Part shown: positions 27,287 through 39,399 of the stretch, piece by piece
Position numbering within the stretch: position 1 is the first letter of the stretch
Layout of the letters: each line of letters begins with the position of its first letter
DNA from: Eledone cirrhosa
Taxonomy: Eukaryota
DNA length: 64,000 nucleotides
Assembly: GCA_964016885.1 (NCBI GenBank)
Contig: CAXHJY010001041.1
Location: forward strand, 2,928-66,927
Direction of reading: 5' to 3'
Notes under the pieces: model-generated
The model's database searches: none
What the model saw: the letters and a program-made list of their open reading frames with translations, nothing else
What the model was told of the DNA's origin: nothing
Position numbers and translations under genes: made by a program

Positions 27287-27418
27287 ATATCTTATATGAA
27301 AAAGTTGAAAATAAAAATGCAGTTGGAGTCTTTATGAATGTTTACACTAACTTATAACTTTAACGGTTTCATGATTTTCAAAAGTTAAGAGAGATGGAGA
27401 GATGTGGGGCTATGCTGA

Positions 27419-27484
<66 letters not shown>

Positions 27485-27486
<2 letters not shown>

Positions 27487-27846
27487 ATATTTGGCAATAT
27501 ATCGCATGTTTAATTAAAACATTTAGAAGACTATACACTATCAGTTTTAAAGTAGTGACTATGTCCCTTACTTCTTTCGGCGAAAGAAGGGAGAGAAGCT
27601 GACAGTCTGTTTCATGTTGGTTGGCGTTCATCAGAGCCACGTACTCCCCTGCTTTCGCCGAAAATTATAGAATTCAAGTAATAATCAGGAGCTGATTATA
27701 CAGAGCGATTTCCGGTCCAGCAAAAATTAGGTATTAGTATTGGTGCTCTGAAATAGCGATGTATACATGAATGTATGTATAGTATATTTGGCAATATACT
27801 GTATGTTTAATTAAAAACATTTAGAAGACCATACACTATCAGTTTT
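27485..27846 (-). mobile_element. Retrozyme/Penelope-like non-coding element: ~297-nt monomer plus ~62-nt terminal redundancy, in (AT)n
   Basis: GTATATTTGGCAATATA..CACTATCAGTTTT at 27485 and 27782, with a hammerhead motif between. Confidence 0.65.
27597..27638 (-). ncRNA. Type I hammerhead ribozyme motif (weak stem II)
   Basis: Minus: GGCT CTGATGA ACGCCAACCAACAT GAAACAGACTGTC AGCT; stem III ACAG/CTGT, GUC triplet, distal extension TTCGGCGAAAG/CTTTCGCCGAA. Confidence 0.7.
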
Positions 27847-27870
27847 ATATATATATATATATATATATAT

Positions 27871-28008
27871 AGGGAAATGTTCAAGACCCCGACTGCAGAA
27901 CTCTGCAGTCGGGGTCTTGAACATTTTCCTATTACCCACTCTACTACCCAAAGTATTGAGTACTCTGGTGCGTTATGGTCCACCTGGTTCCTCACCACAC
28001 TTCCTTCG

Positions 28009-28010
<2 letters not shown>
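27871..28010 (+). mobile_element. Penelope-like family A: 29-bp fold-back plus 80-nt tail in (AT)n
   Basis: Near-perfect hairpin 27871-27930 followed by the conserved tail. Confidence 0.75.
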
Positions 28011-28063
<53 letters not shown>

Positions 28064-28212
28064 ATGCAAAATGTCGCACTTCAGAAAGGCTGGAGAGTTC
28101 TGAAGTTCATAGAACATGTAAAAACTCAAACGTCAAAACAAATGACTGTAAACACAGTTGATTGGTATAAATAATAGTTTATAGATTCGGGTAAAATACC
28201 CTTATAGTCAAA

Positions 28213-28283
28213 ACAATGTGGCCAGTGGAGGAATCGAACTTCATATCTTTCAGATACTGGCTGACTGCTATAACCATTGAGGT
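28213..28283 (-). mobile_element. tRNA-like SINE head
   Basis: Minus: CTCAATGGTTATAGCA..AAGTTCGATTCC. Confidence 0.5.
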
Positions 28284-29144
28284 GAAGGGGTCTTTTTTTA
28301 GCAGAGCTTCAGGTCGGACTAGCTGGACCTTTGTGAGTGAAATTATTTGTAAGTCCGTCAGATGTACTCGTAGTTAATTCAAATTCCATATTCCACTCTA
28401 GTTGTTCATATTAACTGGTGGTCGTCGAACTCTCCTCATTAATATAATTTTGAAAGATGTCAGCTTTATCAAACATTGTCACACGGAATCTCCCTGAGGG
28501 TATAGGCCATGTACACGTTAACATCACAAGCAGGCTGTTCTGTTGATCAAACAACTGGAACACTCATCGTCGATATCGACAGGGACCTAATCCAGTGTAG
28601 TTGTTGATATGAACGAGAGTTTGTCGAAATCTCGACATTAATTTCCAAACTTTCATCATCTTCCTTTTCTCTCTCTTGTTACTCCTGGAAGTGGATTCAC
28701 TAATTCAATTTTATTATTTGCCTTCAATAACTGAATTTATGATTTATTAATAATCTAATTTGTCCAAAAATAACCAGATTACTGAAGGGTGGGCAATGAG
28801 ACACACACCCCGCTCACTTTCCTATAAACTTTCATTACACCCGTTCCCCAACCGGTTTAGAGCCGTTACTAATCCGTTAGTTTTCCACCTGCAGAATTAT
28901 GTCAGCGATGAGAAAATCAATATTTTAAATTATTTAAATTAGAATCTAACAACTAATAGAACCAACGGCCTGTGGTTCATCTTGGTGGCTTCAATTAACA
29001 TCGGGTGGGGGGAATTACGGAAACAAAAGTTTAGTATGGTTGAATCTAAACTAAATAGTAATAAGTAATAATAGTAATAAGTTTAGTATACTATAGTTTA
29101 ATCTAAACAGTAATAAGTTTAGTATGGCTTAGTTTAAACTAAAA

Positions 29145-29340
29145 TGGTGACGAACTGCCAGAATTGTTCAAACGGTAGATTGACGCTCTTTTAGGGTCAT
29201 TCATTCAATTTCTCTGTGCTCTGAGTCCAAATCCTACAGCGTTCAACTTCACATTTTATCCATTAGGGGCCAGAAAATAAGAGAAGATGGGGGTTCATTT
29301 CTCTCTCCCTCTCCATGTGGTCAAACCTAGAAATTAATTG
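29145..29340 (+). mobile_element. Old diverged type 1 SINE
   Basis: GGTGACGAACTG..CTGAGTCCAAATCC..degenerate core. Confidence 0.5.
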
Positions 29341-29703
29341 GGCATCGCCGATATTTAAAATATTACGAAGGAATCCAGCGTGTCTATGTTCACGTTTACT
29401 GCCTGTTTAGATCCCTCGACTTAGCGGTTTAACAAAATAAATACTGTTATTGCTGCCCCAGCATGACCGCAGTCCGTTCACTAACCCCGGTAAAAAAATT
29501 TAATATTTCAATATCTTCCAAAGAATGAAATGTTTTTGAAATTCCAATTTGTCAAAATCTACTTTTTGTCTGTCAAGAAAATTAGGGGTTTTGATATAAA
29601 AACTGTTCCCGTTGAACTCTTTTTCACGTGATCAGGGGTCAAAATAATCGGATCACGTCAAGAATAACTTAACTCTGAAATGACTATACGTGTTGATTCT
29701 TGT

Positions 29704-29766
<63 letters not shown>

Positions 29767-29851
29767 CACACACACATATATGTACACATATGTGTGTGTA
29801 TGTATATATATACACACATATATGTACACATATATGTGTGTGTATATCTAT

Positions 29852-30320
29852 CTAGGGCGGGTAAAATTCCAGAGATCTATGGACGAGTTCTCTCCAGCGG
29901 TCTCTGTCCCTTATTATCGCTGCCATGTCCTGCATCTCCAAGAGACCAGTGTTTGTCCTTAGGGCATCAACATACGTTAACCTTGGTCTTGCCTTTCCAG
30001 TGTGTCCATGCATGGGCTCCGACAGGAGCACTGAGTGCAATGTCAACTCTGGATGTCGGTGAGCATGTCCAGCCAACCTCAGTCTCCTCTGTGTCACTTT
30101 TGAGCTGACTTTTGGGAGGCTCCCATACAGCTCTGAGTTTTTCATCCTCAGTGTATACTGATTAATGTTCAGAGCCATCCTCAGCATTCTCGTGTAGCAC
30201 CCATCCACCATCTGATTGAGTTTCTTGGTCAGTGTCCAAGTCTCAGACCCATACAGCAGCAATGAAGAGGCGGATCTTCAGGTCTTTACAAAGGTCCAAC
30301 TTCCACACCGATCTCAAGCT
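29852..30320 (-). mobile_element. RTE-group (RTE-X-like) LINE, 3' end of ORF
   Basis: [60 protein letters not shown]. Confidence 0.92.
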
Positions 30321-30946
30321 GTATTTCCCATAGTAAAAAAAATATGGATATATATATATATATGAAAGATTATTTGTAAACCTGTTTCAACCAGCAATGA
30401 GAGTTCGCTCTCCAATCATTCTTTACAAATAACAAGATGTTTTTATATGGATATTTGTTTCTTTTTTATAATTCTAGAGGCAAAGAGTTGGGTCTGGATC
30501 ATGTGACTGGAGAAGGGATGTCCGGGGTGAATGCTCGGTAAGACAATTTCTTTCTTTTTACACGAATCCCGTCATATCAGAGATATATGCTTTATAAATT
30601 CTTAATGTATCACAATTTGATATTACTTCGCGAATTTTTGAAAACACTTATTGGACTAATAATAAAAATAGACTTTACCAGATGATCTGCTCAACAATGA
30701 CGAATCTTATTTTACTTACAGTCAATAATAATAATACACCATGTGTGTTTGTGTATAGAGAGAGAGAGAGAATGTTTAAGTATCGAGAGAGAGAGAAAAA
30801 AGGAAAGATAGGCGATACATATATTTAGTTGCCAATAGTTTGTGCAAATGAGCTCAATACTCGTGCCTACAGGGTTAAATATTAGAAGCGTCAATATTTA
30901 GTGGGCGAGAAAAAATGTTATGTATATATATATATAAATATATAAA

Positions 30947-31017
<71 letters not shown>

Positions 31018-31105
31018 TTTTATAAACATTTGTAAAAGTTATACAAAAGAATAAAACTTTATATTCAGACATGTATTGTACAAATTACTTCATGATTATA
31101 TGGTC

Positions 31106-31160
<55 letters not shown>

Positions 31161-31165
<5 letters not shown>

Positions 31166-31938
31166 AAAAAGTATGACCCCGGCGGCAGAGCTCAAGCCGT
31201 TTCGACGGCTATTTCTGGACTAAATTAGAATTTTTAGCCTGGTGAATAAATAGCCGAACTTGTCAAGGGGGTACTTCCTTATATGGGAGGATTGGTTAAA
31301 ATTTGTTGTGAACACAAATAAATCTATCATGGCATTTGGTAGGAGGTTGGGGTGGCTGAACTTGCTTTTGTTACTATTCAATTTCTACAAGTTTTTTCTA
31401 TTCTCAACTTATTAACCTGTAATTGTAAGATAGCATCGTGATTTTTTATTCATTTCTCACTATCTAATTTTATATATTTTTTATTTATTTCTATTATCTT
31501 TTATTATCTCCTACTCTCATTCGATTTACCTATTCTATAACCTCCCTCCTCCACTTCATACACTATCCTTAGAATCTGCTGTATACATATCACTTTCAAC
31601 GCTTGACCGCCCCACTCACTCCCCTATTGTTCTATAGGCAAGTTCAGCCACCCCTACATCCCACCAAATGTCATGATAGACTTATTTGTGTTTACAACAA
31701 ATTTTAACCAATCCTCTTGACAACTACAATCTTTCCATATAAGGAAGTACCCCCTTGACAAGTTCGGCTATTTATTCACCAGGCTAAACATTCTAATTTA
31801 GTACAGAAATAGCCGTCGAAACGGCTTGAGCTCAGCCGTCGGTGTCATACTTTTTCCTATTTCCCACTCTACTACCCTAAGTATTGAGTACTCTGGTACG
31901 TTATGGTCCATCTGGTTCCTTACCACAATTCCTTTGTT
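31161..31938 (+). mobile_element. Penelope-like family A: ~205-bp inverted 5' copy, spacer, body and tail, in (AT)n
   Basis: Arms 31161-31365 and 31638-31860 are reverse complements; tail 31861-31938. Confidence 0.8.
31749..31845 (+). ncRNA. Hammerhead-like motif with altered core (inverted copy at ~31175-31274)
   Basis: ACCCC-CTTGACAA, stem II CGGCTATTT/AAATAGCCG, GAAA, stem III ACGGCT/AGCCGT, GUC, then GGTGT (GGGGT in sibling copies). CUGANGA is not intact. Confidence 0.6.
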
Positions 31939-31963
31939 ATATATATACATATATATATATATA

Positions 31964-32066
31964 TAAACGGAAAAAATGAAACGAAATTTCATTTCCCACT
32001 CTTAGTACGGCTGTTACTTAAATATAAGTATGTACACGTACATACATATATGTATACAGACGTATG

Positions 32067-32099
<33 letters not shown>

Positions 32100-32469
32100 G
32101 TATGTATATATATATATATATATATACATACATGCACACATATATATATGTACGTATGGATTCACCGAACAGTTATTATAATGCTCGGTGTGTTTGTAAA
32201 CAAACATCCCGTATTAAGCCGTAGTGTCTAGCAACCATCGTTGCTCGTTTGTTCAACACTGACAAAGGAACGCTGTACTAGTTTCAAGCTTATTAGCTAT
32301 CGTCAGCAACGTATACTTTCCTGCCAGATTGTTGAACGTATATATTAACGGCTGAGTAGCCCAATTTGCATATCGAGTGGGTTAATCGGCCGGGTGCACC
32401 GAAAACGATAAACGGAAAAAATAAAACGAAATTTCATTTCCCACTCTTAGTACGGCTGTTACTTAAATA
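31964..32469 (-). mobile_element. Retrozyme/Penelope-like family B: 445-nt monomer plus ~60-nt terminal redundancy
   Basis: Direct repeats at 31964-32024 and 32409-32469 bracket a hammerhead; flanked by (AT)n. Confidence 0.7.
32270..32312 (-). ncRNA. Type I hammerhead ribozyme motif, core intact
   Basis: Minus: ACGTTG CTGACGA TAGCT-AATA-AGCTT GAAACTAGTA CAGCGT; palindromic stem III ACTAGT, GUA triplet, extended stem I. Confidence 0.85.
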
Positions 32470-32937
32470 AGGTTGTACTGGGATACATGTTACCAGAAGC
32501 ACCAACTGGTGACCTGACATAATATATATATATATATATATATACATACATATACATATAATCAACCTTAATCACACTCTATTAACACAGACTCAAGCAA
32601 ATTCTGCTGGTTTCCGAGCTGTGTCTGGACGGAAGCAGCCACCTAGTGTTATACAAATGCATTAAATTAGTCTGCGATTTGTGCATGTTTGTTGCTCATT
32701 TGAACACTAGTGGAGATATACCTCCAAGTAACAGCTACATACCGTAATTGATGACATTCGATAAAGAAATATGGGGCAAGCCCTTATCTGAACACTGAGT
32801 CTCAGAAATATTATCAAACTTTCTTTTGACCTATCTCAACATAGATTACAGCTAACACTCTCCTACAACAATTTAAAGTTTTTTTTTCTTTTCTTTTCGA
32901 TGTTGTTGTAGTTGCTGTTGTTAATATATTACTTTGT

Positions 32938-33290
32938 GATTTAGGCACAAGGCCAGTAATTTCAGGGAAGGGGGGAATCAATTATATCGACCCATGTACA
33001 TGACTGGTACTTTATTTTATTGAATCCGGGAAGGATGAAAGGTACAAATTGACCTCGGCTAGATTTCAACTCAGACTTTTGATTTAGGCACAAGACTAAC
33101 AATTTTGGGGGGAGGGGAAAGTCGATTAAATCGATCCCAGTACATTACTGGTACTTTATTTTATCGACCCCATAAGGATGAAAGGCAAAGCTAAACTCAG
33201 CGGGATTTGAACTCAGAATGTAAAGGGCCGTAACTCCATGCTGCAAAGCATATTGTCCGACACTCTACCGATTATTGCTAATCCACCACT
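32938..33290 (-). mobile_element. Two tandem type 1 SINEs
   Basis: Two reverse-complement cores; the second copy is full-length. Confidence 0.85.
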
Positions 33291-33309
33291 TTTGTTAACA
33301 TAATGAAAA

Positions 33310-33480
33310 CTGTAGAGTGGCAGAATAAATTGTCAGATACAACACCACCGTATTTCTTCTACATCTTTACGTTCTCTGTTCAAACTTTGCTTTTTTTGTT
33401 CTTCCTTGGTCAATAAAATGAACTACCAGTAATGTACTGGTGTTGCTTTAATCAACTTTACCCTTCCCCCAGAATTCGAT
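33310..33480 (+). mobile_element. Diverged type 1 SINE
   Basis: GGTCAATAAAATGAACTACCAGTAATGTACTGG core. Confidence 0.6.
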
Positions 33481-33567
33481 TGTTTTATGTATGACTCAAT
33501 TAGAAATCAATATAATGTTTTGAGGAGGAGGGAAATCGACTAAAATAGGATCAGCTTTGCTCAACGG

Positions 33568-33617
<50 letters not shown>

Positions 33618-33855
33618 TATAAAGTATGTCCATAGAATCATTTGATAATATATATACACCATTTCCTCTCTCAATTAGCATAATTAACCACACAAAAAAT
33701 CAATTAGACCTGGCTATAAGATTAAAAGGCACCTATGAAGAAATAGTAGATAAATAAACGACAGCAATCTATTCGCGACCATTTGCTATAGAATATTTAC
33801 CCAACATTTCAATAGCACGTGGAAATCGATTAAATATACCGTCAACCATACACAA

Positions 33856-35325
33856 TCTATATATATAAAGCTGTGGTTGTCTGTCTGTCTATCGATTTTT
33901 GGCACACATCTCCTCTTAGAATCTCTGACAGAATTGCACCGAAATTGCTATACTTGTACATTGAGCCCTAGCGAAGACATCGGAAAAAAAATATTTCAAA
34001 TTGACTCACCCTATGTGACGAAATCGAATCTAACGTATCGATTTTTGAGCGTAAGTGACGAGTTATTTCCCTTTGTTCTGTTTACATTGAGCGTCTTACG
34101 TAAAAAATTACGCTGGCTTTCTCAGCGTTTAAAATGACATTAACACAATACACGAACAGTTGTCGAGCCAGCAAAATATTGACCTGCAAAATTCATCAGT
34201 TCGAACACTAAGCTTCCGTTTTGCTTCATTTCCTTTTAAAAGCCTTTTAAAACAATATTTTTACTTGAAAACAAGTCTATTTAAAGACTACGTAAAACAA
34301 GCAAATATTTCGTAAAAAAAAGCAAAAATTATATAAGTTTATTTAAAATATATGTATCTGTAAATTTCGTTAGGCGTGCAGACAGACAGTCGTGCAGAGA
34401 GGTGTTATAGGCGTGCAGACAGACAGTCGTGCAGAGAGGTGATATAGGCGTGCAGACAGACAGTCGTGCAGAGAGGTGATATAGGCGTGCAGACAGACAT
34501 CTATATATATAAAACTGTGGTTGTCTGTCTGTCTATCGATTTTTGGCACACATCTCCTCTTAGAATCTCTCACGGAATTGCACCGAAATTGCTAGACTTG
34601 TACATTGAGCCCTAGCGAAGACATCGGAAAAAAAAAAAATTTCAAATTGACCCACCCTATGTGACGAAATCGAATATAATGAATCGATTTTTGAGCGTAA
34701 GTTATCAGTTATTTCCCTTTGTTCTGTTTACATTGAGCGTCTTACGTAAAAAATTACGCTGGCTTTAACAGCTGTCGAGCCAGCAAAATATTGACCTGCA
34801 AAATTCATCAGTTCGAACACTAAGCTTCCGTTTTGCTTCATTTCCATTTAAAAGCATTTTAAAACAATATTTTTACTTGAAAACAAGTCTATTTAAAGAC
34901 TACGTAAAACAAGCAAATATTTCGTCGTTAGACGTGCAGACAGACAGTCGTGCAGAGAGGTGATATAGGCGTGCAGACAGACAGTCGTGCAGAGAGGTGA
35001 TATAGGCGTGCAGACAGACATAACTGATAATTTGGTTACGCTAATGTTTTTCTCTGCGTTGCAGTGTTTACATTTTCGATCTTTGTTAATAAATAACCAG
35101 TGCAGTTTTTATCCCCAGCATCCTCTTTTGTTATAACATTCGGGTTATCGTTATGTTTTCTTAACTTCATAAGGCATATTGTTGGTTGAGGGAATATTAA
35201 TCAAAAACACCACATGCAAGTCTGCACAGTAGACACTACATTTTTTAAGCCAAAAAAGAAACTTAACATTGTAACTTTAACACAGCTACTGAGCGACCCC
35301 GAGCAACGCCGGGCTTTACTGCTAG
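33856..35325 (+). mobile_element. Non-autonomous Helitron with duplicated 5' part
   Basis: A|TCTATATATATAAA 5' end (repeated at 34500); 3' hairpin CCCG-AGCAACG-CCGGG then CTAG|T; internal 37-bp repeats. Confidence 0.88.
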
Positions 35326-35434
35326 TTAGGTATAAAATTAAAGTTAGAAGAAAACATGCATATACACATATATATATATATATACACATATATATATAAT
35401 TGGATATATGAGAGGGATGAACACAGATATAACT

Positions 35435-35475
<41 letters not shown>

Positions 35476-35695
35476 CAATACTAATAAATGGAAAATATGT
35501 TTATAATACCATATATATATATATAAAGGTAAACTCTATAAGTTGATAATACAACAATAATACTCTCAGATGTTTAAAGCTCGGATTATTTCTCTACAAA
35601 TTTATTAAAAAGAACATTTTTTTGGAGAACGAAACATATGTAGAACAAATAAATAATGTATTAATTGTTGAACGTTGGTGATCTATTTCTTGTGT

Positions 35696-35752
<57 letters not shown>

Positions 35753-35757
<5 letters not shown>

Positions 35758-35933
35758 AAAAGAGTCAGAACCCCGACGGCAGAGCTCAAGCCATTTCGAC
35801 AGCTATCTCGTCCAGAAATAGCTGTCGAAATGGCTGGGGTTCTGACTCTTTTTCTATTACCAACTCTACTACCCAAAGTATTGAGTACTCTGGTGCATTA
35901 TGGACCACCTGTTTCCTTACCACACTTCCTTTG

Positions 35934-35935
<2 letters not shown>
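35753..35935 (+). mobile_element. Penelope-like family A: ~50-bp fold-back plus tail in (AT)n
   Basis: ATAGGAAAAGAGTCAGAACCCC../..GGGGTTCTGACTCTTTTTCTAT, then the conserved tail. Confidence 0.75.
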
Positions 35936-35978
<43 letters not shown>

Positions 35979-36219
35979 GAAAAATAAAAAATAAAAGTTA
36001 TGGGCAAAAGAGGGCAATATCCATCGTCAGTTGTCTGCTAGGAATCATAGGTATTTCTTCGCGTTAGAGACAAGATACCTCAGCCTAGGGCGAATCAATA
36101 ACTAAAATAAGTTATTGGGATAAAAGGGGGGGGGTGTAAACAGACACGAAGCGTGAAGCAACATAAAGAGAGGTAAAATAGGAAAAATATCAAGTCATAT
36201 ATATATATATATATATATA

Positions 36220-36385
36220 TCGTAATAATAATAAATTTGAAGACTAAGATCCAAAGAGGGCTCGATAAGGATAAATATATATCAAATAAATAAGAACCGT
36301 AGAGCAAATATTTTAGTTAGTTTCAGAAGATCCCGTTAAGGGTGAAAGCAACGATTCTTTGCTTAAACTTTAATTTGTTATTTTA

Positions 36386-36390
<5 letters not shown>
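36220..36390. mobile_element. (AT)n-embedded dispersed repeat, second copy at 57664-57775
   Basis: GTAATAATAATAAAT.TGAAGACTAA..GAGGGCTCGATAAGGATAAATA..AAGAACCGTAGAGCAAATATTT in both. Confidence 0.7.
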
Positions 36391-36423
<33 letters not shown>

Positions 36424-36984
36424 CACTCCCTTCCAGTGATATATCTAGTAGCTAACATCCTTTTAATCTGAAGACATATTTTTTTGTTTGTTAATTGTTG
36501 TTGTTCGGGAAATGTTTTGCTGTATATTTCGCTATAATATAAAACTGATGGAAGTTCTTACATTGCTACAAAGATGTTTTATCACACAATACATTCTAAA
36601 TGTCTTCCTTTCAATATCTCTCTGTGTCTTACAACTACAGCAATATTTCTGTTGCTATGGTTGTTATTTTTCTCATTAGTTACCGGGGGGGGGGGGGGGC
36701 TATGTCAGATAATTATGAACGTTTGAACCCCACAAAATGTTTTTATTGTTGTTATTGTTGTTCTCACCTGTGGTGGTATTGTTTCATTTTCTTCTTCTTC
36801 ATCTTATCCTACTTCTCATCAGCATAATTATCACCATTATCATCATCATCGACAACATCATTATTATCATCATCATCGACATAATCATCAGCTGCATTAT
36901 AATAGTCATTTTCATCATCTTTATCGTTATCATCATCGTCAATAACATCAGCCTCGTCATCATCATCATCATCTCTTTATATAA

Positions 36985-37162
36985 GGGTGGTGCATAGGCA
37001 GTATCGGTAGAGGCTCGGACGCCATGCTTTGATGCATAGAGTTACGGCCCTTGCCATTCTGAGTTCAAATCCCGCCTTTCATCCTTACGGGGTCGATAAA
37101 ATAAAGTACCAGTAATGCACTGGGTATTTGCTGGCCTTGTGCCAAAAGTAGAAACAATTATT
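36985..37162 (+). mobile_element. Type 1 SINE
   Basis: Head, B-box, core and tail present. Confidence 0.88.
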
Positions 37163-37451
37163 TTCTCTTTATAACAAACAAATGTTATTCAATTTCAAAC
37201 TTTCAGTGATTTTTTTTCATTTTCTTCTTTTTTTGTTAAATTAAGCCCCACCCCCCACACCCCACACACACCCCACCCCCAATCAACAACTCTCTTTCCA
37301 GTAAATCCAGCAGTTTTCCTGGTGTATTGTTAATGTTCTATCACATCTTGACACATTCAGCTTCCGATCGGAACCATTTATAGTTACATATCAAAGCCAC
37401 CTGCTTTATTAATAAACCATTCAAACATTTTTTGTTTGTTTTTCTCTTACA

Positions 37452-37795
37452 TCGCTCTATATCTTCACATTTCTCTTTCTTCTCGTGTATCTATCTTCAC
37501 ATTTCTCTTTCTTCTCGTGTAGCTATCTTCACATTTCTCTTTCTTCTCGTGTATCTATCTTCACATTTCTCCTTCTTCTCGTGTATCTATCTTCACATTT
37601 TTCCTTCTTCTGGTGTAGCTATCTTCACATTTCTCCTTCTTCTTGTGTAGCTATCTTCACATTTCTCCTTCTTCTTGTGTAGCTATCTTCACATTTCTCC
37701 TTCTTCTCGTATAACTATCTGTCACATTTCTCCTTCTTCTCGTATAACTATCTGTCACATTTCTCCTTCTTCTCGTATAACTATCTGTCACATTT
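37452..37795. repeat. ~32-bp minisatellite CTATCTTCACATTTCTCCTTCTTCTCGTGTAG
   Basis: About 10 tandem units. Confidence 0.92.
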
Positions 37796-38681
37796 ACTCC
37801 ACCCTCGCATCAAGTTTTTCCATTTTTTTCTCTCTTTCCTTCTTTTTTTATTATTTGTCCAAGAAAATCCTGTTTTTTCTTTGACGGGAATCAAAATATG
37901 GCACCATGGAGTTTCAGTTTGTTTTGCCATGAATAATATCTGTTGCTTATTTCACCTGTCATTTTCTAATATAAATTAGTATGAATTTAATTAAACAGCT
38001 GTCAATCGGGACCAGGTTGTGTTGAACAGTAAATGGCCAGAAAGTTGCCAACCTTTTCTTTCTATTTGTAAAACATTTCTGTAGCAAGGCAATTCATTTT
38101 TGTGACTATTAATAGATTTCAAGGGTGGCCAATAACAAATGGTAAAGAAAATACTTTACAGTTGTATTTCGTTATATTACAAGGCAACGAATTAGCAAAG
38201 TCTTTAGAACAATAGATAGAATACTTTGCGGTATTGGTTCCAGTTCTCTAATCTCTGAGCTCAAACCCCGCTGAAGTCAACTTTATGGCGACCCTATGAC
38301 TCTCTCAGGAATTACGGGACCATACATGCCATGTATTTTTTTCTTAATAATTCGAGTTTAAATCCTGAAGTCACGGTTACTCTCATCCGGGAGGAGCTTA
38401 GTCGCCCAAATGGTTAAGAGGTTCATTTCACACAACGCCCCAGGTTCCATCCCACTATATTGAAATAGGGAGCAAGGGTTGCTATGAAACAAATATTAAC
38501 TTTGGAATACGCAAGTCGAAGAAAAATAATGTATATCGGTAAAACTGGTGTATCAGTCAAGTGTGGTTTTCTCGTTGCTTTGGGTCACCGGACGCAGTCT
38601 TCAATTTGTCAAGCTTTCTAATGTATGTTATTACTCTAAGGTGACACAACCTTATTGAGTGCTTTGCTGCACATTCCTAAT

Positions 38682-38800
38682 TCTACAGGACTAGAACTGT
38701 TTCATTCGGAGGAAATCATAATTTCTATATTAAATATTTATTCTCTGCTATGTATTGAGTACCTTACTTACTGTGGTTACCCCCGATTGAACCCGGGATA
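38682..38800 (+). mobile_element. Penelope-like tail, family C (relatives at 8453-8520 minus and 53063-53200)
   Basis: TTCTACAGGACTAGAACTGTTTCA..GTATTGAGTACC..TGGTTACCCCC.ATTGAACCCGGGAT. Confidence 0.55.
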
Positions 38801-39314
38801 AGCATATATAGGTTTACGAAGCTAGTCAAAGAGAATTGGTACAGCTTTGGTCATCTCAGGCACTCAATGGTTTGTGTATATATATATATATATTGGAAAA
38901 TGTGTGAGATCCTTGGTACAGTTAGGTAACACTTGTAGTGTTAAATAATTTGATTTAATTTTATATTATAATATTATGAGTTGGTAGATCTAGTAAGTTC
39001 TTTGTTAACTTTGGTGGGAAGATTTTTAAAGATTCCTGGTTAACTTTCTTGGAGAACTTTCTCTCATTCGTCGGTGGTGATTGCATACACACACTCACAC
39101 TTGCATACACACACTCACACACACTCACACTCACTTGCATACACACACTCATGCTTACACACACACACACTCGCATACACAAGCTCACACACATACATGT
39201 ATTTATGTATATGTATATATATATATGTATGTATATATGTATGTATATATGTATATATGTATGTATATATGTATGTATATATGTATATATATATGTATGT
39301 ATTATATATTTATG

Positions 39315-39378
<64 letters not shown>

Positions 39379-39399
39379 TGTATGTATATATGTATGTTT

